NCBI RefSeq assembly: GCF_006345805.1
Contig: NC_043004.1
Location: 71,982,001-72,046,000 of the forward strand
Length of the DNA stretch: 64,000 nt
Source of the DNA: Octopus sinensis
Lineage: Eukaryota
Reading direction: 5' to 3'
The first letter of the stretch is position 1. Each line of letters starts with the position of its first letter. This document shows positions 12,239 through 25,470 of this stretch, piece after piece. The notes under the pieces were generated by a model. That model saw only the letters and a program-made list of their open reading frames with translations. It had not been told where the DNA came from and made no database searches. The translations under genes were made by a program, and so were the position numbers.

Positions 12239-15200
12239 TTCTTCGTTAAAGAAGTATCCAAATATTACCACCCCATCTTTTTACCGGTCTAAGCATAACC
12301 AACCTCGTCGTAATGAAGTGAATGAAATTTATTGGGTAAAAAAGTACAAACAGAGAGGAAAACAGATTAAGTAAGTTCAAATATAGGAAGGTACCCAAAC
12401 GAAATGCTTGTAGAATAAAATAATGAGTTTCATTACTCCTTTAGAAAAATCTAAAGGCAAGGATTTCATATCCTTCTTGGAAGCCATGATGTTTATTTGG
12501 TTGTGTTGCTGAATTTCGTAGCATTTAAAAAAAATTTTCACTGTGGTTATATACAGCTATCTAATTATTTTGTATAATTATTTTGTGTGTAGCTGACGAT
12601 GGTACTGACTGTAGCCTCAAAATTGCTAACCTTGTGTTTAATTCAAAAACATGATCATCATCATCATCATCATCATCACCACCATCTTCATCACCTTTAT
12701 CATTATTATTATTAATCTACAAAGCGTCGAGCTCACACACTCTTTAGCTCAGACAAAATGCTTAGCGGCATTTTGTGCGTCTTCACGTTTTCTGTTCAAA
12801 TTTCACCAAGTATGACTTTACCTCTCATCCTTTCGCAGTTGGGCAATGGTTTTGATGTAATCGACTAACAACCTCGCCGGTATTTTATGCAAAATTTAGG
12901 GGTATTTCTTCTGGTTCTGAGCTGAAATACCACTGAAGTTAACATTACTTTCCATCCTTTCAGCGTCGATGATAAAATAAGTAGCAGTTAAGAACCGCGG
13001 TCGATGTGTGTACAACTCCCTGAATATTTCGGGTCAGTTGATCAGTGAAAAAAAGGTCAAATTTTTTTATTAGAAGCTTTGACAAGCAATCATGCTCAGC
13101 ATCAGCTCTGTAAAGTTTCCCAAATTTTCACATTTTACACGCGAATTCTGTTATATTTGGTTTAAAAGTTGTTATCGTCTATATAGAGAATTTTCGTGAG
13201 AATTTATCCAAGGTAGCATTTTAAATCTTGTTTTGTATATTCGTCAGTTTTCAGGAAACAAAGATCCGTATCAATAATAATATTTATTGGGATGAATGAA
13301 ACACAAAAGGATTAAATGAGGGTTTAACTGAACCGAAAGGAGAAAGAGCCAGAACAAAGAATCTGTCAATCATTTCCTTTACTAGTCAAAATCCATTGAT
13401 TTTGGTAGAAGGCCAGCCATTTTGAGGTGAGGGGAAATAGATTATATGGACCCAAGTGCTCAAATGGTACTTATTTAATCGACGCCGGAAACATGAAAGG
13501 TAACGTCGACTGCCGGAGTATGGGCTCAGACCGTAAAGATGGGCGAAATGCCACCAAGCCTTTTAAACGTCGTGTTAACAAGTCTGCCAGCTCATCGACT
13601 CCCACTAGCTAGTAATAATAATGTCGTTTCTTTTGCAAGGACAGTGAGGAAAGAAACAATTACTGTCACCTGCTTTACGTCAACTCGATTATACTCCAAG
13701 AAAAGTTCAGCAACAATAATAACAACAGCAAAAATTACAATAGCACGCAAGAACAACAATGGAAAATGTGACGAGAACAACGGAAGTTTAACTTAAACGA
13801 AGTTAAACAAGCACAATAAAGAAGAACAGCAACGACAGCAGTGTATCGCAGCTAACACGGTTGTTATTGCGCTGCAGCCATCAATGTCATCATCGCCACT
13901 ATTTAGCTACTTGCATTGCAGCAAAGAGCATCAGAACCATCAATCTCAACAACCAACAACCCAACTACTACAGCCAATACGAAATACAACAAAGTTTCTC
14001 CAGAAAGTTCAGTTATGCTGGGAGACTGCAATTTATTTAAAAGCGTCGGAAATATTGGAAACGAAAACGAATTATTTCAATGTGTCAGATGTATTGGAAA
14101 ACAAAAGATCAACATGCACCAACATGAGTGATAAATATTACTAACTGATGCATTAAAAATTGGAGATGCATCAGCATGAGAACTTGTCATGTTGTAAACT
14201 TAAGGACATGGTATCGCTGAAAAATGCCTGAAAAGCTTATGGAGTCATACCACACCTCTCACAGTAAACATTTCAGAACTTTAAATGTTAAGTTTTAGCC
14301 TTGAAATACAGACGCGAACTCACTCTGTCGACTCTTGAAAGAGGAAAAACTGGAGAAGATGAAAGATGTTCTGCCAATTATGTATGATAGTTAATAGTAT
14401 ACATAATAATAGGCGATGGAGGTGAGTGACACATCCAGAAAAACAAGCCCTCTGGCCAAAATCTACCCATACTCTAATATCAAAGTACAAACACAATCTC
14501 ACTCACAGCTTCATGCTCAATTCATTCCCCCAGAATATAACGATCCCAAAATGAAAGCCGGTGTAAGCAAACAGGCGTTAGATGTTCCCCGCTAGTACAA
14601 CACATCCTTACCATCATCGCAACTGTAACAACAACCACTCAAACGAAAATCGAATAAAAACCACTAACACAATTACAAAAGATTTTTAAAAACTTGACAC
14701 TAATTACAATGCTCACTAAATCAACACCCGATCATAACTTCACTAGTGTTTCAAACAGTGATATGAATCGATGGAAGAAGTGATCAACAATAAACGCATA
14801 CACACTAAAATCTTAAAAGAAAATTTCTGTTTCAGTGTTAGGACCTTTAGAAAGATAGCCCAGAACTATGCCCTAAAACATCAACTTGACGTTTTCCCTT
14901 AATCAATAGGAGGCAAGATCATGCAGTTTTTATTATGGCCAGGGTGAGTAAACACCTTTTTCATTTTTCGATGAACAAGGAATGGAATGTATAAACGGAG
15001 ATGACCTGAGGTGAACTTGGCGGCAAAACCACTTCATGGTTTTAGGTGGCTGGTCTGTCTGGATCAAATATTGATCATAGTATTAGTCCGTAAATCATTA
15101 AGTCTCAAGATATGGGTCACTATCCAGGATCCAGTGGTCCTGGACTAGAGCATTATTAAAGATGGTGATTTCAGTTAAGCTGCCATTTATGCCTCACTGC

Positions 15201-16405
15201 GACAATAGGACCTGCGTTTTTCAGACGTCTAAATGCTTTCCTGGGGACTTCCGAACTCTCTTTCATTACTCGGGGAGCGGAAATGCATTTTATATGAACG
15301 TTGGGAATGTGTGGGGCTAGCGCAAGGTAGAAGTACTTAGAGGCCTAGGAAACCTTTTCAGAAGTTTCTTGTTGTCTTACAGATAACGACCACATCTCCT
15401 TGATTTGCCTGCGTAGCGTGAGGCAACCATAACAGACCGTTCAAATCGTATCTAGATAGAGTATTTGTAAGAACAGCAATTAAGAATAATGTAGGATGTC
15501 CAAATTTGAAAGTGATTGGTTACACAAACCATAAATTTGAGACCTGTTCGGTTTACCCAATGAATACTTGGTTTCTGGAAAGCGAATATTTCATTCTCGG
15601 CACACAAAAACTAAAGGGGCCGAATTAGAGAATTTGTTAAGGAGCAAATGGTGGGGGAAATTACTACTTGTAGCAAATAATGAAAATCGTATTAATAGTT
15701 TTAAATTTTGGTTCGAGAGCAGTAATTTTGGGGGAGGGGTTAAGTCGAATACATCGACATCTGGCATGGATTTTATAGAATCGGAAAGGACAAAAGACAA
15801 GGTTCAACTCTGAGGAATTTAGGCGCAGATTACAAAGACGAATGAGATGCTGCTAAGCACTTTACACGGCGTGCTAACAGTTCTTTCAGCTAGTCGCCTT
15901 AAAAAAGAAATAATATTAGAATCGCTTATAAAACGATTAATCCTTAAAAAGGATTAATATTAGAATCGGTTATAAAGAATCGTTAGAATCGAGCGGAATG
16001 TTTAGAGACATTTTGTCCATCTTCACGTTTTGGATTGAAATTCTGCTAGCATCACCTTTGCCTTTCATCTATTCGGGGTCGATAACATAAATACTAGTTG
16101 AGCACTGAGGGCGACAGAATCGGCGTAACACTCCTTTAAATCTTCTGCTTTTTTTTGCCGAAATTTATAATCGGCAAGGTTGCAAGCAATAAATCATTTT
16201 CTTATGTTTGTTTCTCAAATGTTAACTGTAAATCCCGTCGCGATCAAAGCTTGCATTTTTTTTCTTCTTGAGTGGATGAAATAATACGGGTTGTTTAATG
16301 AGGTCGATGAAATTAACTGTATCCTTCTACCTATGTGAGAAATCGAAATTACTATAATTGAAGAAAACAACAAGTCCTAATGAAGCACAGGTGATCGATA
16401 CATAC

Positions 16406-16557
16406 TTATCATTGAACTCGTAGGTTGATGCTATATTTCCAAACCATGGTTTTGAAATGAGTTTATTAGAATTGAACCAGGATCTGAAATCTGTACTTCT
16501 TCCAGTGAAAGTTAATGAGTGAATTTCAGCATTATTTTTTCTCAATATGAGTTTCAC
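16406..16557 (-). CDS. Gene A coding exon 3 (unnamed extracellular domain)
   Basis: ttgcag|GTG...GAT AA|gtatgt; VKLILRKNNAEIHSLTFTGRSTDFRSWFNSNKLISKPWFGNIASTYEFND; paralogous to 63683-63831 with the same phases (0/2). Confidence 0.85.
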
Positions 16558-16807
16558 CTGCAAATACAAAATTGAATGAAATCAAGAAGAAATCTGACAG
16601 GACTGAGGTAAAAGTATGAGAGAGAGAGAGAGACTGAGAGGGAGAGGGAGTGTGAAAGAAAGGAAAAGGATACTGAAAATTGTGAGAGAGAAATGCCAAG
16701 AGGAAATTATGGTGTGGGGTTAACAGAAGTCATAAAGGGCTGACAACTATGTAATGTAATACTTTTTATTGCATGATGATCATTTTGAAATTTTCAAAAG
16801 GTATCAC

Positions 16808-16899
16808 CTTATCAATAGACAAAATATCCCAATAACTGTACACAGGACTCCTTTTAAACGCTGTTCTATTCATCTCAAATACTTTCTGCCAGCTCGTAC
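16808..16899 (-). CDS. Gene A coding exon 2
   Basis: atacag|GT...AAG|gtgata, 92 bp; TSWQKVFEMNRTAFKRSPVYSYWDILSIDK; same length and strongly similar to 53820-53911. Confidence 0.9.
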
Positions 16900-17483
16900 C
16901 TGTATGAGTAATGAATGATATTGTTTTAGATTTAAAAGAACAGACGAGTTTTCAATTAATCTTTTAACGAAAATATTCTAGTATGTTTTACAATGGACTC
17001 AAAATAATTGTGTTGATTTAGAAATTATTCGATATAAATTCTTCCCAGGTTTCGTCTTAATGTTTTTGGTTTGGGGTTTCGATTTCATTAGTACAAGAAT
17101 TCGATAATCAAAAGAAATACTACAAAATTATTGTTTCTGTTGTTATTCAGCACCGAGTCAACTCTGAATGACATGTCCCATGGGAAAAGTTGCCGTAGCC
17201 ATGACCGTTTCGTCTATCTGTCATATATGCCTTATCTAGGACATTATCCAATGCGTATCATTCTTCTGAAGATGATATGATGTAATTTTAGAGAGGTTTG
17301 CCTGGTATTTCTAGCAGATTTTACAACCTTGGAAATATTGTCTTTTAGTTTCATTAAAGTAAATCGGAAAAGTATTTTACTGAAAGAGTTGTTATAATGT
17401 CGTCAGTTAAAACGGAAAAATTGAACAACACTTATTGATCCCGTCTGCTTGAAAAACAATAGTTGGTTTAGTGTTAATATATT

Positions 17484-17851
17484 TGTTATGATGTGAGATT
17501 TTCCACATTTAATATGTGTGGCTACTGTTGTGATTATAGCTGTTGTATCTACTCTTGTAGCCCCGGTATTGTATTGGTATCGGATACAGTGTATCTCTTG
17601 TATTACGGAATGGCGACACACCGCATCATCTATCGTGATATCGCCAATAGCTCTGCTAGACACAGAATTTCATCCCTCTACCTTGACTGTTACTAGAAAC
17701 TCGACTATAACCCGTAACTGACACTTAACTCTAAGAACTCGTACAACGACTCTACAACCGACTGACACACGTCTCTCTGCACTGGTTGACGTTGTCTCAC
17801 TTTGTAGTGACAGTGCCATACCACTTGTCGCATATCATTTCCACTACAACA
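17484..17851. mobile_element. Solo LTR (368 bp) in intron 1 of gene A
   Basis: Starts TGTT, ends AACA, and is flanked by a 5-bp direct repeat ATATT (17479-17483 and 17852-17856); GC is higher than the flanks. Confidence 0.7.
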
Positions 17852-18213
17852 ATATTTGATACGTATTGTTAACAACTTTAAGTAGAGATAATTTCGGTTG
17901 TGAAAAATATTAGTTTTTGAAAGATATTAATTGTTTTGGGTGGAATCCAAAATAATTATGGGCTGTTTTTTTATGAAATTATAATCTATTATGTACTTCT
18001 GTAAATTGTAACTAACCACTAAGTATATATGCAAAAGCGTAGGCCTTTTGGTGTAGAAAACTTAGAATAATCTTAGTTCTGAATTTCTGAGACGAGGAAG
18101 TTTAAATTATGTATTAGATATTACAGAACTGTATTATCAAATCGGTACGAAGACGACATGAGACACCAATGGAGGTTATAAGCCTTAACAAATTCACTCT
18201 GTCACTGTCTACA

Positions 18214-18346
18214 GGCATAGCGCAGTGGATAAGGCGTGGTTAATGCAGTGCAGTCACACAGATGTTCTGAGTTCAACCCCAGGCCAGTCACGAAGGTGAA
18301 TCACAAGACACCTGAAGGAGGCAACACTCGAAACGTAATGTAAGCA
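18214..18346 (+). mobile_element. tRNA-like Pol III head fused to a degenerate hammerhead
   Basis: A box TAGCGCAGTGG (18218-18228), B box GTTCAACCC (18271-18279), then GACAC-CTGAAG-GAG-GCAACA-CTC-GAAAC-GTA. Confidence 0.5.
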
Positions 18347-18358
18347 ATACGTTTCGAA

Positions 18359-18767
18359 GACGGCGAGCTGGCAGAAACGTTAGCACGCCAGACGAAATGC
18401 GTAGCCGTATTTCGTCTGCCCCTACGTTCTGAGTTCAAATTCCGCCGAGGTCGACTTTGCCTTTCATCCTTTCGGTGTCGATAAATTAAGTACCAGTTAC
18501 ACACTGGGGTCGACGGAATCGACTTAATACCTATGTCTGTCCTTGTTTGTCCCCTCTGTGTTTAGCCCCTTGTGGCTAATAAAGAAATAGGTATTTCGTC
18601 TGCCGTTACGTTCTGAGTTCAAATTCCACCGAGGTCAAATTTGCCTGTCATCCTTTCGGGGTGGATAAATTAAGTACCCACTGGGGTCGATCTAATCGAC
18701 TTAACCCCTTTTTCTGTCCTTGTTTGTCCCCTTTCTGTGTAGCCTCTTGTGGGCAATAATGAAATAA
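18359..18767 (+). mobile_element. tRNA-derived SINE with a duplicated body
   Basis: GGCGAGCTGGCAGAAACGTTAGC head, two GCCTTTCATCCTTTCGG..GTCGATAAATTAAGTACC bodies, and a 17-bp TSD GAAACGTAATGTAAGCA (18330-18346 / 18768-18784). Confidence 0.85.
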
Positions 18768-19324
18768 GAAACGTAATGTAAGCATTAGCAACAAAGACGA
18801 AGACACCAGTTCGGCTAAGACATAAAACTAAAATAGCTTAGAGAATAAGGCAGAGAAGATATACACAAATGAAAGAGCAGAGTTAGTAACACTAGTTATA
18901 CATTTGGTCATAGCTATTGAACTTGGATCATACTGAGGGAAACTAACGTTTGATATAATGTAAAAGAACGGTTTTGTAATGAAAACGCATCTACAGAAAG
19001 GCTGTTTTAAATTACTTTTTTTTTGTATTCCGTGATTGAATAAATGTTTGAAATGAGAGCTTTATCCTTATTGGTTGCAATACTTGTGGTCACTCGTTAT
19101 GGAAACAGTGCAAACTAGTGTGTTGTATTAATGATGTTTGTATATAAAATATAATGGTATAATAACGAAAAGGTGATGAAAAAATAAAACCATTCTGCGT
19201 GCTATGAGAGACACATCTATTTTATACTAAAAACTATGGTGAACTAAGCAGCACAGAGGTACATATTGTGGTAAAAAGTTAATACAAAAAGCTCAAAAAT
19301 AAATGTAAAACTTTATTTACTCAC

Positions 19325-19654
19325 TGTTTTCTGAGAGCGTAAAGAAAGATACACAGTCGCATTCAGTATTGGAATTATATTGGCAGTAGAACAATTTATA
19401 CATTTTGCATGGTCCATTACAATAGCTAAAATAGCCACACATGTCATTCATCTTACACCGTAATGCACATTCTCTGACGGACGTCGTATATTCGGTACGT
19501 ACAACTGGAAGACTCAAGCATTTTGACTCGGTTATTTTCCTAAAATGTTGCATGTCATTGTTTGCACCAGTTTTCAAAATCACGAGAAAAATAATTGTTA
19601 AAACTTGCTGAAGTCGACTGAGGATCATATGGTATTGATTTGACGTCTTCATTC
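19325..19654 (-). CDS. Gene A coding exon 1: signal peptide plus PAN/apple-like domain
   Basis: ttacag|GA ATG (19652)...AAC A|gtgagt, 330 bp; hydrophobic leader, then FRKITESKCLS...CALRC...CGYFSYCNGPC. Confidence 0.85.
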
Positions 19655-19749
19655 CTGTAAAATATACACATATATACAGGGTGTTCACAAAAAATGTATA
19701 CACACTTCAAAACCTTGTCAAGTAGGTGTTAATTAAAATACATTTCATT

Positions 19750-20430
19750 TTCAATAGAGACTACCAATATTATCTTATCGTTCTGTCAACGGCTGTTTAC
19801 AAACTGACGTCCGTTCTGATCCAGGCACTGCTAAAAACGCGAAGCTTTGTCCGTATCTTACCATATTTGCTTTCTTAGCACCGAGGCGTTATTTCAGTTC
19901 CTCCATTACCACTTTCAGGCCCTTTCCTTAAATATCATATTTCTTGTTCAGTGCCCTGTACTTTTGTTGGTTTTTAAGCTTCACCTCTTTTCGGTCTAAC
20001 ACAGAATTGGCCATCGAGAGCATATCTAACCCTGCCTGTATTCTTCTTTTCTACCTTGGTTGTTTTCTTTTATCACTCACATTATATTCCATTTTCTTGA
20101 CATCAACACCCACATTTTCTACTACAACAATACTTGCTGCCATGATCAAATTGTTTGTTTCTGTCATTGTTTTGTTTTTTCGTTCTAATATATTCCAGAA
20201 TTTCATTCACATTTTTCGTTTCTTGGTTGAATTTCCATCAATCAATCTTTTTTAGGTTGCAAATATTGTTGCTATCATTCTCCTGTAGCATTACCTTTAT
20301 TCTGTCGTAGATTGCTTTTTGCCCATCTATCATGTCACTATTAGTTTTATTGTCTTCTCCCAAACCATTTATATGTCTCTCATCGAGTAAGCTATCACTG
20401 TTCCTTTCCTGCGGTTCATTAGAGATTTCA
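19750..20430 (-). mobile_element. R4/Dong-like LINE N-terminal ORF fragment
   Basis: Minus translation ...VNEILEYIRT...GKGLKVVMEELK resembles the pre-RT region of this clade; stops present. Confidence 0.55.
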
Positions 20431-20439
20431 CCTCTGAAA

Positions 20440-21945
20440 ACAGAGAGGAAGTTGTCACAGATTTTGATCAAGAACAAGGATCACTTTACACCAATGACGT
20501 ACAGACAACTGGCTCAACACCACAGTAAACTACTACACATGTATGGTCTCCCTAAGATTCACAAGGATGGTATTCCATTAAGACCTATAGTGAGCTGTAA
20601 AGGTACAGTATGTCACCCACTGTGCTGCTTTCTTGTGGATATAATCAGTCCATTAGCAGGATAGTCAATATCGCACGTGAATAATTCCACCCACTTCACA
20701 GAATTGATCAAGGATACCCCCATTGAATCCAACCAGATGGTGAGTCTAGATGCGATAAGCCTGTTCACCAAAGTCCCAACTGGTAAAGCACTATCGGTGA
20801 TACGAACGAAAACTAGTGACAGACACCCATCTAAAAGAACAGACTAGTATACCAATAAGAAACTTGATGAAAATGTTGATATTCTGTGTAGAAACTACCT
20901 ACTTCTGTATGGACACTGATATATATCGACAAGAGGAGGGTTTAGCTATAGCTTCGCCATTATCGCCGGTAATAACCAATATATACATAGAACACTTTGC
21001 GAATTTGGCTTTAGAATCAACACCACTAAAACCAACCCTATGGCTACGATATGCTGATGACACCTTTATACTCTGGCCCCACCAGGAACAGATCCAAGTG
21101 CTGTTAGATCATGTGAAGTCAATGAAGCCTCCCATACAATTCACAATGGAAAAGGAAAAAGACAATCAATTAGCATTCCTGGACGTATCAAAAACACGCA
21201 CCAAGTATGGATTCAGGACATCCGTATACCTCAGGCCGACCTTCATGGACGATACCTCAACTTCAATTCCCACCATCCATACAGTGTAAAGAGAGGGGTT
21301 GCTCAGTGCCTAAAACATCGAGGAAAGAATATAAGTAGCGATCGTGATATATACCACGAAGAAATGGTCAAGCTCAATAACGATATGTTAAGCAACAACT
21401 ACCCCCAAAGTATACTATCCACTCTAATCAGGATAAAGAGAGAGGATGAGGCCGGAAAACTGTCCACAGTCTGTCTACCCTATGTGAAAGGCCTCTCCGA
21501 AAAGATACAAAAGATATGCGGCCTATGTGACATCAGGACAGTATTCAAGAGAAATACAACACTTCGCGAATATCTCCTTCGAGTAAAACCACCAACAGAA
21601 GAGAATATAACCAAAGACTGTGTGTACTACATCCCATGCAGTTGTGGTAGGTTATACAAAGGCGAAACATGCCTACCCCTCAAAATAAGGGTAGACGAAC
21701 ATCACAAAGCTGTGGCACGAGGAGATACTGATAAATCAGGTATAGCTGATCATGTATAGAAAATGGAGACCACTTCCCCCTGTGGGATGAAGTTAAAATA
21801 ATAGACAGAAAACACCACCAGAAAATACGAAAACTAAAAGAAGCAGCACATATGCTAGGACACAACAACCTCCTAAAGAGACCCAGTGAGGATGTGAACA
21901 GCATTTGGGAACCGGTATTAAGGATAGAAAAATATTTGATTAATA
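20440..21945 (+). mobile_element. Penelope-like element (RT + GIY-YIG), decayed
   Basis: YGLPKIHKDGIPLRPIVS, SLDAISLFTKVP, SPLSPVITNIY, WLRYADDTF, IQFTMEKE...LAFLDV, VYYIPCSCGRLYKGET; several stops and frameshifts. Confidence 0.92.
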
Positions 21946-22023
21946 AGTCCTAAAATTCACTCTATAATTGCCCACGGGCATATGGCGTAGTGGTTAAGAG
22001 TTCGATTCCAAGCAGTGACGTGA

Positions 22024-22098
<75 letters not shown>

Positions 22099-22139
22099 TA
22101 AAAATATTAATAACAATAATAATAATAATAATAATAATA

Positions 22140-22690
22140 ATGATGCAGTACCAGGCAGTGGCTCTCATGGCTTCTCATCTTAACTGACTGGAAGTGTTAT
22201 CATGTACGTTGTTTTGTCTTGGTATAAAAGAAGGGCTACAGCAAATATTCTGCTCAATACCACAGATTTGCTAGTCGGTTGTTTGACTTTAACCAGTTGA
22301 GCATGTCCCTTAGTGGCTGACGATATGTGCATCTCTGATCACGAGCAGAAGTAGTAGGGGAGCACCATAGCCATGTGTTGAGAGGGATTCTTTGGGATTT
22401 GAATAATTCACCTCTGGAAACATGGGTGTTTCGTTCAATATCCTTAAACAACTCTTATTCAGGGACCTTTCGAGTGGGATGGGTTACGCGACCTGAAGAA
22501 AATTCTAACTGGGCCCCACCTGCAAGGTCATGTGCTGTTTATTTTTATATGAGATCAGAATGTTGCGCACATATGGTTGTGATGCATGTGCCTGGTGTAC
22601 CCTTATCAGACGGGTAGTCATGATGGGTATACTGGGCTTCGTATATTTTACCCCAGTGTCACTTTGATGGCATGCACTGCTCTCTCACTC
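22140..22690 (+). mobile_element. Non-coding interspersed repeat flanked by (TAA)n
   Basis: Reverse-complement homologue at 62900-63310; (AAT)n tracts on both sides here. Confidence 0.7.
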
Positions 22691-22702
22691 AATGATAATA
22701 AT

Positions 22703-22733
<31 letters not shown>

Positions 22734-22929
22734 ATAATAATAATGAGGATGATGGTGATGATGATGATGATGATGTTTATGATGATGATGATGATGATGA
22801 TAATCCATTTTCGAAATTTCCCCAAGACACCTGAAGCAGGCTGGAGGGTTAACAACAAACAAGGTGAGGACTAGATAGAGTATTTTGAAGTTCTTTAGAT
22901 ACGGATAGTATTAGTTGTCCACAATTTGA

Positions 22930-23266
22930 AATGGTTGGCTACACAGATCCCAAATTGATGACCTGTAAGGTCGACTTAGATATCATAGATAGACAGGGCC
23001 CCAGCTACTGGAATTACAGCATGCCATTCCTGGAGTGCCAAGCTTACAGAGACAGGTTTAAAGAGTTAGTTCGGAAAGTTTTGACAGGAGCAGTCCTCAA
23101 CAATAAATGGTGCTGTAAGCTAAAAAGGGCTATTAACGTAGAATCAGTTAAATTTAGCAAAGGTTTAGCTGTAGAAAAAATAGATTAGTGTGATTTAGTG
23201 AGAAAGTTGGCAGAGGCGCTTGGGAGAGCAGTAGTTGCAGCAGTAGCAGCAGCAGCAGCAGCAGCG

Positions 23267-23305
<39 letters not shown>

Positions 23306-24130
23306 TAGTAGTAGTAGTAGTAGAAGAAGAAGAAGAATTGCAGTATGTCGGGCAAAGCGTTTAGTGGAAGTTCTACTATGGCGTTGTACGGAGGGTTAGT
23401 GGTGAAAGGAAATTACAAGGTTTTGGGGGAGACTCTAGGCGTCGATAAATTTCGGCTGGCCAGTCTGTTCTGGAGGACTCTGAGGCTGAGGCTTACGGAT
23501 AACTTCCAGAAAAATCTGGCCTGGCTATAATACAGGGGTGCTTTGCCTGTTCGGGATAAAGTCTACAGGCACGTAGAGATGTGCGCAGAATGACGAAACC
23601 GTTCTGCGCGCACTTGTCCAGTGGCCGAGCATACCTGATGTATGAATTTATGTCGAGCACCTGCTGTCACATGTAGGAAGTGTCAGCTTGTTGGCTGCTT
23701 CCATCATGGAGATTGGTCTAGATGAAATAGCTGAAGACAAATGCTTTTCTCTTTGGCCTACCCCTCATTAACTTTTTCAGATAGCATCTGAAACGGTACA
23801 TGAGGGTTGAGAAAGAAATGCTGAGTTCCAGCAATTTTGTTAAAAGGTGGGTGAATGTAGCGAAGATGGTCCATGTCAACGAGCCTGCTTTGAGCATGCG
23901 CTTTTGAGTTTCCAAGGCTGACAGAGAGGTCTGTTGCCCTAGTGGCCGTGGCGCTTGTGGATTTTTCGTGAGGTCTCCATGAGTAGCCCAGAGTTGCTTG
24001 CCTCTTTTAGGCATTCTCTTTGTTATATTGTTCATTGTTATTGACTGTTATTGAGTCTTATTGACTTTTCACACGACACTTTACGTAATCCCGCTTTGTC
24101 CTTCATGTTTTGTTAATGTCCAGTCTTATT
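22930..24130 (+). mobile_element. Tx1/L1-like LINE fragments
   Basis: GPSYWNYS...RDRFKELVRKVLTGAVLNNKW (post-endonuclease), DNFQKNLAW..YRGALPVRDKVYRH (C-terminal zf-RVT-like) and 3' end; interrupted and followed by (TAG/CAG)n. Confidence 0.65.
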
Positions 24131-24189
24131 TTTGTCGGCCATTGTGGCTCATAAAGAAAGGATTATTAATATTGATATTATTATTATTA

Positions 24190-24272
24190 TTAGTAGTAGT
24201 AGTAGTAGTAGCAGCAGCAGTAGTAGTAGTTTTAGTAGTAGTTGCAGTAGTAGCAGTAGTAGCAGTAGCAGC

Positions 24273-24359
<87 letters not shown>

Positions 24360-24445
24360 TGTAGTAGTAGTAGTAGTAGTAGTAGTAGTTGTAGTAGCAG
24401 TAGCAGCAGCAGCAGTAGTAGTAGTAGTAGTAGCAGCAGCAGTAC
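24190..24445. repeat. (TAG)n/(CAG)n compound microsatellite
   Basis: Direct reading; it produces the poly-S/V/A ORFs in the track. Confidence 0.95.
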
Positions 24446-25329
24446 TGCTCGATCAAGATTTTAATGGTTCGTTGTAAGGTAATTTTACGAAAAACTCCAA
24501 ACATCACAACATGCCAAATCCTTGACTACTTGAGTAAAATTTTATAAATTAATAAATGAAGAAAGAATTTTACTTAACGTTTAATTCTGCGAGTGAGTAA
24601 AGGGATTTCATATAAATTAAGTAAATATTTAGGAACTAGTTTACAGCAATAATTGCTGAAAGATAATCAGAAAAAATTCTCCAGATAACGAAAAAATAAG
24701 AGCAAGGAGAAACTCTTGCACAGGACTGATAATTTATTTATCAATCTCAAAAGAATGAGAGGGAAAACTGACCTAGTCGCAGTTTGAAATCAGAACAAGG
24801 AGAGAAAGAATAATTACCACAAAGCAATTCAAAGACGCTCTTACCATACTGCCACACTGTGATAATCTGGCACCCTATTCGCAAAATTATTGCTGATAGA
24901 ACTTTTTGCTACAGGTTATTACATTTGCAAAGCGATTAAAACTAAGCGAACGAAGGTTTTCCTTTTTCCTTTTTTATTCAATGGAATTAAATACTGAGCA
25001 TATAACATTTTCCAAAGAAATTGCACAATGAAATATTACAAAAGAAAAAGAAAAATTAGTAAATTCAGAATCATTGTCATTATTGCAACGGAACAAATGC
25101 TAACAAAATTAAACATGCATAAGGAAGAGACAACATTGTTTATATCGAAGATACAAATGGAGAAATCATGATATAATCAATAAATATACATAGGGAATGG
25201 GCAAACATCGATTACATGGATAAAAAGGGAGAAATTATGACTGATATCTACACTCAACATTTCTTATGATAACATACAAAGTGTTCTAACAAAAATCCCT
25301 CCAATACATTTTGAAGGCTATTTTATATG

Positions 25330-25470
25330 AGCAAGGTAATAAGGAATACATGCCTATCTCACTGACTTCACATCCCTGTAATGTCATGGAACAAATTATT
25401 TCAGGAAAGAATTATTTATTCCAGACAAACTATTTGCTGAGTGTTACTCAGTATGATTTCTCTCTGTTTC
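25330..25470 (+). mobile_element. CR1/L2-like RT fragment
   Basis: YMPISLTSHPCNVMEQII...LLSVTQYDF matches the YRPISLTS..CK.ME.I...QYGF motif. Confidence 0.55.

Noticed and set aside
13884-14500. Short ORFs with a C..C motif (LFQCVRCIGK)
   Set aside because: No recognisable domain, no consistent splice signals and multiple stops in neighbouring sequence.
16300-16325. Acceptor ctcacatag as the next exon of gene A
   Set aside because: In phase 2 it gives an immediate stop (AAG TAG); possible, but unsupported by the paralogue.
17403-17721. MAM-like GDITIDD motif and Cys-rich ORFs
   Set aside because: There is an in-frame stop just upstream and no splice support; the region is explained as a solo LTR with a TSD.
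24061-24507. Poly-Ser, poly-Val/Ala and poly-Tyr/Cys ORFs
   Set aside because: They derive from the (TAG/CAG)n microsatellite.
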